Positions 1 through 10,143 of a stretch of 64,000 bases of DNA are shown here, piece by piece. The position numbers and the translations under genes are program-made. Each line of letters opens with the position of its first letter. Position 1 is the first letter of the stretch. The notes beneath the pieces were generated by a model. It saw only the letters and a program-made list of their open reading frames with translations, was not told where the DNA came from and did no database searches. This DNA is from Spirochaetia bacterium (GTDB lineage Bacteria > Spirochaetota > Spirochaetia > DSM-2461): the NCBI GenBank assembly GCA_963668315.1, contig OY764216.1:4224001-4288000 (forward strand). Reading direction: 5' to 3'.

Positions 1-778
1 CAGTGCTCTCCTGGAAGAAGCCTTCGGCCTTCAGCTCTTCAATAGCTTTATTGATTGCCGCCTGAAGATCGGAATTGCCTTTTTTAATGGCTACGCCGAA
101 CTGTTCGGGTTCGCTCTTGTCAAGGTAAGCGACCTTGTACTTGTCGGGATTCTTACCAACCTGGCCGTCTGCCACGGTGGAGTCCACAACGGCGGCATCG
201 ATCTCTTTATTATCAAGCTGGGTAAAGCAGGTAATGACTTTTTCGTTCTGAGCCAAAGTACAGTTCAGAGAACCGGTGGAAATGTAGTCGGAGATAAGGA
301 TGTCCGATGTGGTTTCCTTCTGGACAGCCAGGGCAAGGCCCTCGAGATCGAGAAAGCTTCCCACCGTCATGTCAGAATCGGTCCGGACAACGACTGCCTG
401 GTAATTGTCGATATAGGGGGTGGAGAAGTCCATTGTCTCTTTTCTTTCATCGGTGATGGTTACTGCGGAAATAACAACGTCATAGTTAACGCCGATACCC
501 TGGAAAATTCCGTCCCAGGCGGTGTTGATGAAAACGATTTCGAGACCGAGCTTTTCACCAAGGGCTTTAGCGAAGTCAATATCGTAACCGACAGGAGTAA
601 CGCCGTCGTTGGCAAAATCTTCGAACGGGGGATAGCCGATCTCTACACCGATGGCCAGTGTTCCAGCTTTCATCAGGTTAAGTTCTGATGTGGCTTCCTT
701 TTCTTCGGAACCGCCGTTAGCGGCAACGAAAGACAGAGCGGTCATGGCGACCAGGGCCATGAATAAAACCTTTTTCAT
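1..778 (-). CDS. Amino-acid ABC transporter substrate-binding protein (SBP family 3), 3' end runs off the window
   Basis: Not in the ORF track; hand translation from ATG at 778 (RBS AAGGAG upstream): MKKVLFMALVAMTALSFVAANGGSEE...GVEIGYPPFE...GYDIDFAKALGEKLGL...TAWDGIF...VISAVTITDERKETMDFSTPY...EQFGVAIKKGN, typical family-3 SBP motifs. Confidence 0.9.
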   Translation of the reverse strand, partial: MKKVLFMALVAMTALSFVAANGGSEEKEATSELNLMKAGTLAIGVEIGYPPFEDFANDGVTPVGYDIDFAKALGEKLGLEIVFINTAWDGIFQGIGVNYDVVISAVTITDERKETMDFSTPYIDNYQAVVVRTDSDMTVGSFLDLEGLALAVQKETTSDILISDYISTGSLNCTLAQNEKVITCFTQLDNKEIDAAVVDSTVADGQVGKNPDKYKVAYLDKSEPEQFGVAIKKGNSDLQAAINKAIEELKAEGFFQEST

Positions 779-1032
779 ATTTCTCTCCTTAAAGATACCG
801 GGGAACTTTCAGAAGTTCTCCATTTTAACTATTTGCGATTATCGTAGCTTACTTCTACGTTTACGCCAGATTTGTCTATACACGGCAAGATATTGCCACA
901 AATACAGTGCTCCCTATTTTATACACTAATTGTCAGTTTAATGTAAAGAGAAATGGTAGAAATCAAGTCACCCCATGGCTTCCCCCTTTCTACTCCGCCT
1001 TGTATAATGGGGCCAACAGGAGGAATTCGAGA

Positions 1033-1377
1033 ATGATTATCAGAAGAAAAGATATGAAAACAGAGGTCAGGGATGCCATGAGAGGCGGCCCCGGTTCGGT
1101 GACGATGACACATCTGGAAGCCGATTCAAATATGAAGAACTGCCGTCTCCTCAGTGAAATCACAATCCCTCCCGGAGCGGGTATCGGTCAGCATGAGCAT
1201 TCCAACGAGACGGAGTATTACATCATCACCGGCGGAGAAGGACTGGTCATTGACAACGGAGAGGAAGAGAAAGTCAAGGCCGGTGAAGTAGTCGCCACCC
1301 CCCACGGCAGTACCCACAGCATAACCAATACCGGTTCGGTCGATCTGACCATGATTGCGGTCATCGTCACCTACTGA
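1033..1377 (+). CDS. Cupin-domain protein
   Basis: IPPGAGIGQHEHSNETEYY...PHGSTHSI cupin metal-binding motifs; likely start ATG 1033 after AGGAGG rather than 907. Confidence 0.85.
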   Translation: MIIRRKDMKTEVRDAMRGGPGSVTMTHLEADSNMKNCRLLSEITIPPGAGIGQHEHSNETEYYIITGGEGLVIDNGEEEKVKAGEVVATPHGSTHSITNTGSVDLTMIAVIVTY

Positions 1378-1379
1378 TA

Positions 1380-3548
1380 ATGGATTTATTCCAGGCGGAG
1401 CAGTCCCATGCAGGCGAGCCTCTGGCCGCCCGCATGAGACCGAGAACTTTAGATGAATATGTCGGCCAGGACCATATCCTGGGCAATGGACGTCTTCTCA
1501 GACGGGCAATCCAGGCCGACCAGCTCTCTTCCCTCATCTTCTACGGACCTCCCGGAACGGGAAAGACGACTCTCGCCCGGGTCATAGCCAACAGCACGAA
1601 GAGCTATTTTCTCTCCCTGAACGCCGTGCTCAGCGGAGTGAAAGAGCTCCGCGCTTCCATAGACGATGCCAGGGAGAAGAGGGATCTCTACGACCGCCGC
1701 ACCATACTCTTCGTTGACGAGGTTCACCGCTGGAACAAGAGCCAGCAGGACGCCCTTCTCCCCTGGGTGGAAAACGGCACCATCATCCTCATAGGCGCCA
1801 CCACGGAAAATCCCTATTTCGAAGTCAACTCCGCCCTGGTGAGCCGGAGCCGCGTCTTCCAGCTGAAGGAACTGACCGACGACGATCTGCGGGCCATTGC
1901 CCGTCAGGCTCTGTCCGATACATCCAGAGGCTACGGAAGATGGAAGGTCAACCTGGCCGCGGACGGGCTGGATCACCTGGTGTCCGTCGCCTCCGGCGAT
2001 GCCCGTTCCCTTCTCAACGCCCTGCAGCTGGCCGTGGAGACAACCCCGTCGAACTTCCCGCCGCCGGCCGGAACGGAAATCGATATAGACCTGGCCACCT
2101 GCGAGGAGAGTATCCAGAAAAAGGTTGTCCTCTATGACAAGGAGGGGGATTACCATTTCGACACCATAAGCGCTTTTATCAAGTCCATCCGGGGTTCCGA
2201 TCCGGATGCCGCCCTCTACTGGATGGCCCGCATGATCCGTGCGGGGGAGGATCCCCGTTTTATCCTGAGACGCATGCTTATCTCGGCCAGCGAAGACATC
2301 GGCATGGCCGACCCCTATGCGCTTAATGTGGTGACCTCTGCGGCGGCCGCCTTTGACCGGGTGGGTCTTCCGGAGGGCCAGTTCCATCTGACCCATGCGG
2401 CCCTCTACCTGGCCACGGCGCCTAAATCCAATTCGGCCCTGGCCTATTTTGATGCGGTTCGCGCCGTGGACAAAGAACAGGCCGAAGTCCCCAACCACCT
2501 GAAAGATCCCAGCCGTGACAAACATGCCTTCGGACACGGCGAAGGGTATAATTATCCCCATGCCTACCGGGATCACTGGGTGGCCCAGCAGTATCTGCCC
2601 AATACGCTCAAAGGACGGCTGTTCTACCAGCCCTCATCCCAGGGCTATGAAGGGAAGATACAGGAGGATGTACTCCGGCGGCGGGAAGCCCAGCTGGCCG
2701 TTATGCTCGATGAATCTCCCGAAGTCCTGACCTACTCCCCCGGCGGCAAGGAGAGGGACAAATGGCTCAAGCGCACCATGGCCGCCGGCACCTCCCTGCC
2801 AGACGCCCTCTTTGAAAATCTATTCAGCGATCTCAGGCTGACCCGCCATGACAGGCTCCTTATCGCTCCCATCGTCACGGGGCAGATCTTCTGGGAAGCC
2901 TACCGCCAGGTTCCGGAAGGCGGCGTCTGGGGCCTGGCCGATTCGGAAAGGGTAAGGGAGCTCATCAGTTTTTCCCTGGAGAGCCTGCCCGAATCGGAGA
3001 GACCGGTCCTGATAGACAGAACCACCGTGGATACTCTGCCCGACCTGGAAGGGATCTTCCTGACCGAACCTCTTCGCAGGGACATGGGGCAGGTTCTTCT
3101 GAGTGTCATGATCTCCCGTCTCATCCCGGGAGGCTTTCTTAAGTGCAGCGAAATTGAAAGAACCCGGACGACCCGTCTCTCCTTTTTCCTCGAAGGGAGC
3201 TCTCTTTCTGAAGAAATTCTGGGGGGCATTAAAAACCGCGAGGAGTCCCTGTACGGCAGTTTCAATTCCGAAAGCCGACTCGCCGTTCTGCTCGGCAACG
3301 AACTGGAGCGGGAATCGTCCCTGACGATAGAAACAGGAGAGAACCGTTTTATCTCCGCCTCGCTCCTTGATACCTGGATCAATCGTGATAAGTCCCCGGG
3401 AAACTGGGGTGCTTCGGTGAGCAAAGACCTGAGTGATGAAGAGTGGAATCTCGTCAGAGGGGTTCTGGAAAGCAGACTAAAGGACAAGGAAATTGAATGG
3501 CGGCGCTTCTGGAAGGTGGATACCTACAGGAAAGCTGAAAACGAGTAA
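1380..3548 (+). CDS. rarA: Replication-associated recombination protein A (MgsA/RarA AAA+ ATPase) with ~280-aa C-terminal extension
   Basis: PLAARMRP, Walker A GPPGTGKTT, DEVHRW, GATTENPYF, SAFIKSIRGSDPDAA, ASEDIG, PKSN motifs. Confidence 0.92.
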   Translation: MDLFQAEQSHAGEPLAARMRPRTLDEYVGQDHILGNGRLLRRAIQADQLSSLIFYGPPGTGKTTLARVIANSTKSYFLSLNAVLSGVKELRASIDDAREKRDLYDRRTILFVDEVHRWNKSQQDALLPWVENGTIILIGATTENPYFEVNSALVSRSRVFQLKELTDDDLRAIARQALSDTSRGYGRWKVNLAADGLDHLVSVASGDARSLLNALQLAVETTPSNFPPPAGTEIDIDLATCEESIQKKVVLYDKEGDYHFDTISAFIKSIRGSDPDAALYWMARMIRAGEDPRFILRRMLISASEDIGMADPYALNVVTSAAAAFDRVGLPEGQFHLTHAALYLATAPKSNSALAYFDAVRAVDKEQAEVPNHLKDPSRDKHAFGHGEGYNYPHAYRDHWVAQQYLPNTLKGRLFYQPSSQGYEGKIQEDVLRRREAQLAVMLDESPEVLTYSPGGKERDKWLKRTMAAGTSLPDALFENLFSDLRLTRHDRLLIAPIVTGQIFWEAYRQVPEGGVWGLADSERVRELISFSLESLPESERPVLIDRTTVDTLPDLEGIFLTEPLRRDMGQVLLSVMISRLIPGGFLKCSEIERTRTTRLSFFLEGSSLSEEILGGIKNREESLYGSFNSESRLAVLLGNELERESSLTIETGENRFISASLLDTWINRDKSPGNWGASVSKDLSDEEWNLVRGVLESRLKDKEIEWRRFWKVDTYRKAENE

Positions 3549-3658
3549 ATTCCTGTTAATCCGGTTTTTGCCGGGCCGGAAGAAACGATCCGACCGGAAA
3601 AATGTGTATTAAATAGTTTTCAATATAATCCTCTCTCTCTTCCCCTTCCCCATCCCTC

Positions 3659-3709
3659 TTGACATATAATTGTGCCCATCATATATTATCTACCATGGTA
3701 GTTAATATA
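3659..3709 (+). promoter_or_regulatory. Sigma70-type promoter with an overlapping 28-bp inverted repeat (probable TrmB operator)
   Basis: TTGACA (3659-3664), 17 bp, TATATT (3682-3687); palindrome TATATTA-T-CTACCATGGTAG-T-TAATATA at 3682-3709 covers the -10 box and ATG 3695. Confidence 0.7.
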
Positions 3710-4510
3710 GTCAATTTAATGGGAGAGCTGGGATTCTCCGAATATGAGGCGCGGGCCTATGTCTCACTTTTGCAGGAAAACCCCGTTACCGCCTATGAAG
3801 CGGCGAAAAACGGCGGGCTTCCCACGGCGAAAATTTACCAGGTTCTGGCCAAACTTATGGATAAGGGCGTCGTCCTTGAACTGGTGGAAAGCGGCAAGAA
3901 ACGCTATGTTCCCATGGATCCCGAAGAATTCATCGCCAGACAGAGAGTCCGCATGAATACCCACCTGTCTTCCCTGAAGCGGGAGATGGACAAAACCCGG
4001 GTAGAATCCAATGTCTCCTATATCTGGAATATCAATGACAGGGAAGAATTTCTCCAGCAGGCGGAGATGATGATCGGCCGGGCGGAGAAAAGTCTCCTTA
4101 TCTCTCTCTGCGAAGAGGAGATGGCCGTGCTTTACGGTTCTCTCAAGCTCAAGGAGGAGCAGGGTCTTTCCCTGGCCGTGGTACTGTTCGGAGACGCTCC
4201 CTATAACTTGAATCCCCTGTTCTACCACCCCCTGGCCGATACGCTTCAGTCGGAAAAGGGAGGAAGAAACTTTTCCCTGGTAACCGATTCCAGCCTGGCC
4301 ATGGCCGCAACCATTATCGACGAGAAAGCCGTGGAAGGAGCCTGGAGCGGCAACCGGGGTTTCGTGACCGTAACGGAAGATTATATCAAGCATGACATAT
4401 ACATAATGAAGATCGTCAATCGCTTTGATGAAGAGCTGATCGACCGATTCGGTGAAAATTACCATCACATGAGAGATGTATTCCACGATAAGGAGGAAAA
4501 TCATGGATAA
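3695..4510 (+). CDS. TrmB-family transcriptional regulator
   Basis: LGFSEYEARAYVSLL...TAYEAAKNGGLPTAKIYQVLAKLMDKG wHTH plus C-terminal effector domain; the TTG at 3659 is the -35 box, so start is more likely ATG 3695. Confidence 0.88.
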   Translation: MVVNIVNLMGELGFSEYEARAYVSLLQENPVTAYEAAKNGGLPTAKIYQVLAKLMDKGVVLELVESGKKRYVPMDPEEFIARQRVRMNTHLSSLKREMDKTRVESNVSYIWNINDREEFLQQAEMMIGRAEKSLLISLCEEEMAVLYGSLKLKEEQGLSLAVVLFGDAPYNLNPLFYHPLADTLQSEKGGRNFSLVTDSSLAMAATIIDEKAVEGAWSGNRGFVTVTEDYIKHDIYIMKIVNRFDEELIDRFGENYHHMRDVFHDKEENHG

Positions 4511-5369
4511 AAGCAAGGCAGTCATTAATATCGACGGAGAATGGTGTTCGGGGAATGAGGCGAAGATTTCCGTGTATGATCACGGGTTACTCTACGGCGA
4601 CGGTCTTTTTGAAGGCATCCGTATCTACGGCGGCCGGATCTTCAAACTGGAAGAACATATGGAAAGGCTCTACGAAGGAGCCCGCGCCATTATGCTGACC
4701 ATTCCCATGACGGCCGAAGAGATGGGCTCCCTTCTGGAGGAGAGCGTCCGCCGCTACGGCGAGAAGGAAGGCTATATCAGACTGGTCGTTACCCGCGGCC
4801 CCGGTTCCCTGGGAATTTCCCCGGATACCTGCCCCAGAGCCTCGGTAATCGTGATAGTCGATTCCATTCAGCTCTATCCCAGGGAGCACTACGAGAAGGG
4901 AATCGCCGTAGTGACCGCTGCGTCCCGCCGGCTTTCCGGCGATATTTTCGATCCGCGGATCAAATCCCTCAACTACCTGAACAATGTTCTGGCCAAGCTG
5001 GAAGCCAAGCAGGCGGGCTGCCTGGAAGCGATTATGCTGAATAAAGAAGGCTATGTCTGTGAGTGTACGGGGGATAATATTTTCGTGGTAAAGAAAGGGG
5101 TCCTTCATACGCCTCCCTCCTACCTGGGCATGCTGGAGGGGATTACCCGGAACACTATGATCGAGCTGGCAGAAGAGGGAAATATCCCCTTCTCCGAAAG
5201 GGTCATGACCCGTTTTGACCTCTATACGGCGGATGAATGCTTCCTCACCGGTTCGGGGGCGGAAATCATTCCCGTTATTTCGGTGGACGGCCGCATGGTA
5301 GGTTCGGGCAAGCCGGGAGAGATGTCCCGTAAGCTGGCCGGATTATTCTCCGAGCGGGTTCTCCGCTAA
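4503..5369 (+). CDS. ilvE: Branched-chain amino acid aminotransferase (class IV PLP enzyme)
   Basis: DHGLLYGDGLFEGIR, KSLNYLNN, LEGITR, ADECFLTGS motifs; start 4503 after AGGAGG. Confidence 0.92.
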   Translation: MDKSKAVINIDGEWCSGNEAKISVYDHGLLYGDGLFEGIRIYGGRIFKLEEHMERLYEGARAIMLTIPMTAEEMGSLLEESVRRYGEKEGYIRLVVTRGPGSLGISPDTCPRASVIVIVDSIQLYPREHYEKGIAVVTAASRRLSGDIFDPRIKSLNYLNNVLAKLEAKQAGCLEAIMLNKEGYVCECTGDNIFVVKKGVLHTPPSYLGMLEGITRNTMIELAEEGNIPFSERVMTRFDLYTADECFLTGSGAEIIPVISVDGRMVGSGKPGEMSRKLAGLFSERVLR

Positions 5370-5930
5370 GACACCATCCCTGCCGACAAGGGGGGTTTTA
5401 TCAAAGGGGCAGACCTCCGCTTCGGCGCTGTAGAAAACGGTGCCGCAGTGGGGGCAGAGCCGGTAGGTTCCGTCCTGCTTGAAGCGAATGGATTTCACCA
5501 GATTGTAATGAAGAAAAAGGCGGGCGTAGGAACCGAAATCCGGATCAAACCCTCCCATATAGCCCAGGGTATCCATGAAGATATCATAGGTATTCCCGTT
5601 CGTCAGAGTGATGCGGGCGGGAGTGAAATCGTTATCGGGAGTTCCGAACACATCGGTGAACTCCACTTCTCTAATCCTGTTAAGTTCCAGAGCGTAGGTA
5701 ACCACACCCGTTTCGGTTCCCCGTCGGATCCAGAAGAAATATTTCTGCTCATCCTCCATATTATGAAAGGAGGATGCGGTCAGGTCAATCTGCGTTCCGT
5801 CCGCCAGCTCCACCACCGCGTCGTAAAAAGGGTCATAGATTCGTTCCCTTCCGAAATTCAGGGCATCCTGAGCCCTTAGGGAAGCGAGGGAGATCAGGAA
5901 TAGAAATAAGAACGGCAGATTACGCTTCAT
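5343..5930 (-). CDS. Hypothetical exported protein with C-terminal CxxC...CxxD zinc-ribbon-like tail
   Basis: Signal peptide MKRNLPFLFLFLISLASLRA; CPHCG...CPFD near the C-terminus; follows the RNase gene on the same strand. Confidence 0.7.
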   Translation of the reverse strand: MKRNLPFLFLFLISLASLRAQDALNFGRERIYDPFYDAVVELADGTQIDLTASSFHNMEDEQKYFFWIRRGTETGVVTYALELNRIREVEFTDVFGTPDNDFTPARITLTNGNTYDIFMDTLGYMGGFDPDFGSYARLFLHYNLVKSIRFKQDGTYRLCPHCGTVFYSAEAEVCPFDKTPLVGRDGVLAENPLGE

Positions 5931-5943
5931 GGCCGTTATTCTA

Positions 5944-7764
5944 TCACTCATCCACGGCAAAGACAACTCGCCTTTCGGGCAAATCCACCGACTGAACTTT
6001 CAGCCGGACCTTCTCGTTATACTCCCGGCTCTCCTTCAGGGCTATCCGCGGTTCCATGGCCAGTTCGGGAATCATAAAAACGCCCAGTTTGTCCGTCTTA
6101 TCCACGACGATGGCCTCTCCCCGCCAGTCAGGCCGTTCCAGTAGGTAGTTGATTTTCCAGTGCTGATTGGAGGCCCGCTCCGCCTGAGTCACCTGGGAAG
6201 CCAGGGATTCGCAGGCGGTCGTGCCCTCGAGCATATCCTCTTCGTCCCGTACATGCCCCCCGGTAATATGCGCCCGGAGCTGCTGCATGGTCATCAGGTC
6301 GGAATAGCGCCTCAGGGGACTGGTCACGCGGGTATACACATCCAGCCCCAGACCGCTGTGCTTCGAAGGAGACAGGGTGACGCGGCTTCTCTGCATGATT
6401 TTCCGCTTCGCGTACTCTCCGGCCATGCCCTCCAGTTTCTGGGGGTTGTTCTCGGGGGTGGGCTGGCTGACAAAGGGGACGGGAATTTCCCGGGCTATAG
6501 CATAGGAGGCAGCGGCATTTCCGGCCAGCATCATGCTTTCGGCGACCATTTCCCGGCTTCTGAGCCGGGGCAGAGAGGAGATGAGGATATCGCCCCTGCC
6601 CTCATCCTCCACCCGCATTTTCACCTCGGGCAGATTGATATTCCGGGCGCCGTTCTCCATCCGCCGATCATGAAAGGAGCCGAGAATCCGCTCAATGGTG
6701 CAGAAAGGCTCTTCCTCCATCTTCCCGTCGGCCTCTTCATAACTCATCCTCTCCACCTTCACCCAGGAGAGTTTGATATCCACATCGCCCACGGAACCGT
6801 CGTCATTCAGCTTGATTCCGAAGGAGAACGCGGGGGAACGGTTTTCCTGAAGCCCCATTCCCAGCTGCTCGGTCACGCCGGGGGGCAGCATGGTCACCGT
6901 CTTCTCCGGTATATACAGATTGGCCCCTCTTTCGCGGGCTTCCAGATCCAAAGGAGAATCGGGCGTCACCAGGGCGGCGGCGTCGGCTATATGAACCCAG
7001 AGGCGCTCCCCGTCCCAGCCGACCGCATCATCGGGATCGGTATTGCCCTCGTCATCTATGGCATAGGAAACGAAACCTGTCAGGTCGATTCTCTCCTCGG
7101 CGGGCAGTTCCGGAACGGGCAGATCGGGGTTATTTCCTTTGCAGCTGAACCGGGGAGGATAGGGATTCCACCGGGAAGGCACCCGCTTCCATTTGATCAG
7201 AAGCTTATGGGCGTTCTCCGGAGTCTGTTCCTTTTTCAGCTCGGAGAGCACGGCGCTCCTCTTGATATAGCCCTGGGCCATCTGCTCGACTTCGCGCAGC
7301 CAGGGATCATCCTCCTCCCGGAACTCCTCTTTTTTGAGACGGGTCAGAAAATCCTGCCACCTCTCCTCGGCTTCTTCCTTTTCCCTGCGGGCGCTCTCTT
7401 TCTTCTCCCGTTCATCGGCCGAGGTCACTTCGATACAGTCCAGAGACCCCTTGAACCAGGCCGTTCTGTTGATCAGAAGAAAGACGGACCATACCGCCGA
7501 AGGACTGTATTCGCCGTAGATGAGCTCGGCAAGGTCCTGAACACTCGGATTTTCCCCCTGGAAAAGCTCCCAGGCTTCCTCCGGATCTCCTTCCAGGACT
7601 TCCAGGGCCCCCAGGGAGGAGAGGGGACCTTCATGCATGGGAAGGATGTCCTTCAGACGGACTTTTTTCTCCCCCTTGGCGAGGGCTATGGTAATTTTGT
7701 CTCCGTCAATACTTTTGATAAGGGCGGGACTCTGCTTATATAATACAAGGGATTTCTCTTTCAA
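5944..7764 (-). CDS. rnb: RNB-domain exoribonuclease (RNase II/R family)
   Basis: AIDDEGNTDPDDA catalytic motif, VHIADAA, YTRVTSPLRRYSDL. Confidence 0.88.
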   Translation of the reverse strand: MKEKSLVLYKQSPALIKSIDGDKITIALAKGEKKVRLKDILPMHEGPLSSLGALEVLEGDPEEAWELFQGENPSVQDLAELIYGEYSPSAVWSVFLLINRTAWFKGSLDCIEVTSADEREKKESARREKEEAEERWQDFLTRLKKEEFREEDDPWLREVEQMAQGYIKRSAVLSELKKEQTPENAHKLLIKWKRVPSRWNPYPPRFSCKGNNPDLPVPELPAEERIDLTGFVSYAIDDEGNTDPDDAVGWDGERLWVHIADAAALVTPDSPLDLEARERGANLYIPEKTVTMLPPGVTEQLGMGLQENRSPAFSFGIKLNDDGSVGDVDIKLSWVKVERMSYEEADGKMEEEPFCTIERILGSFHDRRMENGARNINLPEVKMRVEDEGRGDILISSLPRLRSREMVAESMMLAGNAAASYAIAREIPVPFVSQPTPENNPQKLEGMAGEYAKRKIMQRSRVTLSPSKHSGLGLDVYTRVTSPLRRYSDLMTMQQLRAHITGGHVRDEEDMLEGTTACESLASQVTQAERASNQHWKINYLLERPDWRGEAIVVDKTDKLGVFMIPELAMEPRIALKESREYNEKVRLKVQSVDLPERRVVFAVDE

Positions 7765-9752
7765 CGTTTACTCTTCTCTTCAAATTCCTGTTCCAGCTGC
7801 TCCAGACTGCGGGCAACATCCAAATAAAGGGGCATGATATCATGGCCGTCCGGCTCTTTCAAGGCCGATTCGAGAAGGAGCGCGTTCCGGGCAAGATCAT
7901 CGGCCATAATGCTCATGGCTCCCCCCTTGAGGGAGTGGCTGTTCCTGTGGGCTCTTTCCCAGTTTTTTCCCTCCACATCCCTCTTTATCTCCTCCATAAG
8001 GTTCTCCGAGGAATCAAGATACCCCCGGATAATCAGATCCCCGTCCTCGCGGCTCTCGATCTCTTCGCAGAACTCCCTGTACCGCAGAATCGGACGCTCC
8101 CGGTTGTTCTCTTCCTGCAGGCGGCACTCCCAGGCCAGGGCCCGATGGAGCGCATCCTCCTCACCGTCGCTGTTCAGCCAGAAATAGAGATGGTCGAGAA
8201 GGGTCTGCCGGCGGATCGGCTTGGCGAGAAAATCACTCATCCCCACCCGGCGGCAGGCTTCTCTGTCGGCGGTGAAGGCACTGGCGGACATTCCGATGAT
8301 GGGAATGTTCTTTCCCCTTTCCATCTTCCTTATCTGCGCCGTGGCTTCCAGACCGCTCAGAAGGGGCATATGGACATCCATGATAATCAGATCGTAGCGG
8401 TTCCTGGTGAAAAGCAGAATGGCCTCTTCTCCATTCTCGGCCACATCCACTTCCATGGCATAGGGCTCCAGATGGAGAAGGACCACATCCTGATTGATTT
8501 TATAGTCTTCCACAAGCAGAATGCGTCCCGGACGGAGAGTTCCCAGGTCCGCCTTGACCTCTTCTCCCCCGGCGGGCAGAGGGATCTGGGATTTTTCGCT
8601 GAGATTCAGGGGAATGACGAAAACAAAGGCCGATCCCTCCCCCAGGCGGCTGGACAGGGTGATATGCCCCCCCATCAGCTCCACCAGCTCCTTGCAGATA
8701 GCGACCCCCAGTCCGGTGCCGCCGAAACGCCTCTCGATGGAATTATCGGCCTGAACGAATTTTTCAAAAACCGCTTCCTGCATCTCCAGGGGAATCCCGA
8801 TTCCCGTATCCCTGATCTCAAAACGGACCCAGTCCTGTTTGTCCCGGTGCTCAAACAGGGTGACGGACAGCTCCACCTTCCCTTCGGAGGTAAACTTGAC
8901 CGCATTGGATATAAGGTTGGTCAGAATCTGCCCCAGCCTGAACGCATCGCCCAGATAGCAGTCCCACAGCTTATCATCATAGATCTGCCCGAACTCCAGC
9001 CCCTTATTGTCCAGGACAGGCAGAAAGGGACTGATCTGATCCTGAATAAGGCGGCTCAGCAGAAAGGTTCTGGTCTCCAGGTGGATCTGGTTGGCCTCTA
9101 TCTTCGAAATGTCCAGCAGCTGGTTGATCAGAGTCATGAGACGTTCCGACTCGTTCAGAATATTCTGCGCATAGGGGGCGATGTTTTCATCCCCGTCCCT
9201 CTGAATCAGTTCGGCGAACCCCACGATGCCGTTCAGGGGGGTCCGGATCTCGTGGGACATATTGGCGAGGAAAAGGGATTTGGCATGGTTGGCCTGTTCC
9301 GCTTCCCGGATAGCCTCGAGCATCCTTTTCTCGGCATTCACCAGGCTGGTGATATCCCGGGCGGCCCCTTCGATAACATGATACTCTTCCTTATACCGGG
9401 CGGAGATTCGGACCATCCTCTCCTCATCGCCTATGCGCAGGGGGGTGGAGAAGGTCAGCGACTCCTCCTCGGGATAGGCGTCTTCCTTCAGTTCATCAAG
9501 CTCGTCGAATATACCGAAGCGGTTGAAGACGTAATCCAGCTCCTCCAGCCTCTCCACCCCGAAAGTGCGGAGAAGCTCCTTGTTCGCCGTCAGGACCCGG
9601 TTTGATTTCACGTCTATACGGAAAAGCCCGGCCAGGGCATTCTCAAAAAGATACTGGTACTGCTCCTCGAGAGCCAGCTTCTGGTCTTCCAGCTGGAACA
9701 TTTCCTGCTGGATCAGACGCCGTTCAGACTCCCCGAGAAACCGATTAGCCAT
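7761..9752 (-). CDS. Cytoplasmic hybrid histidine kinase (PAS-like, HisKA, HATPase, REC, Hpt)
   Basis: FLANMSHEIRTPLNG H-box, NLISNAVKFT, DTGIG, GGTGLG, receiver DLIIMDVHMP, Hpt HSLKGGA. Confidence 0.92.
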   Translation of the reverse strand: MANRFLGESERRLIQQEMFQLEDQKLALEEQYQYLFENALAGLFRIDVKSNRVLTANKELLRTFGVERLEELDYVFNRFGIFDELDELKEDAYPEEESLTFSTPLRIGDEERMVRISARYKEEYHVIEGAARDITSLVNAEKRMLEAIREAEQANHAKSLFLANMSHEIRTPLNGIVGFAELIQRDGDENIAPYAQNILNESERLMTLINQLLDISKIEANQIHLETRTFLLSRLIQDQISPFLPVLDNKGLEFGQIYDDKLWDCYLGDAFRLGQILTNLISNAVKFTSEGKVELSVTLFEHRDKQDWVRFEIRDTGIGIPLEMQEAVFEKFVQADNSIERRFGGTGLGVAICKELVELMGGHITLSSRLGEGSAFVFVIPLNLSEKSQIPLPAGGEEVKADLGTLRPGRILLVEDYKINQDVVLLHLEPYAMEVDVAENGEEAILLFTRNRYDLIIMDVHMPLLSGLEATAQIRKMERGKNIPIIGMSASAFTADREACRRVGMSDFLAKPIRRQTLLDHLYFWLNSDGEEDALHRALAWECRLQEENNRERPILRYREFCEEIESREDGDLIIRGYLDSSENLMEEIKRDVEGKNWERAHRNSHSLKGGAMSIMADDLARNALLLESALKEPDGHDIMPLYLDVARSLEQLEQEFEEKSKR

Positions 9753-10128
9753 TGAGTGCTTCCTTCAGGGCGCCCAGGATCTGGGTGAATGTGACCGGTT
9801 TGGTCAGATAATAATCGGCCCCTACGGCATATCCCTGTTCTATATCGCTGTCCTGAGCCCGGGCGCTGAGCAGGATGAGCGGGATGGCCGAGGTCTGCCC
9901 TTCCTCCTTGAGCCTCCGCGCCACGGTCAGGCCGTCAAGGCCGGGCATCTGGACATCCATGATGATGACGTCCGGCTCCCGGTTCACCAGTTCCAGAACC
10001 TCATCACCGGTTCCCGCTTCCAGAACGGTAAGGCCCCGGGAACGGAGTCCCTTGGCTATATGCTTGCGGATATACTCCTCGTCATCGGCTATCAGAACCG
10101 ATTTTCCCTGTAAACCTTCGTCGGTCAA
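9745..10128 (-). CDS. Single-domain response regulator (CheY-like)
   Basis: VLIADDE, DVIIMDVQMPGLDG, LLSA, YLTKP. Confidence 0.92.
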   Translation of the reverse strand: MTDEGLQGKSVLIADDEEYIRKHIAKGLRSRGLTVLEAGTGDEVLELVNREPDVIIMDVQMPGLDGLTVARRLKEEGQTSAIPLILLSARAQDSDIEQGYAVGADYYLTKPVTFTQILGALKEALNG

Positions 10129-10143
10129 TACAAACCTCCGCCG

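Noticed and set aside
651..929. 92-aa plus-strand ORF and the 907 start of the cupin
   Set aside because: Overlaps the antisense SBP gene start and intergenic DNA; cupin homology and RBS begin at 1033
6160..9605. Long plus-strand ORFs (527 aa and 587 aa), and similar antisense ORFs such as 1449-2576, 25794-26741 and 44066-45115
   Set aside because: Fully antisense to well-supported genes, with no recognisable motifs; expected shadows in GC-rich coding DNA
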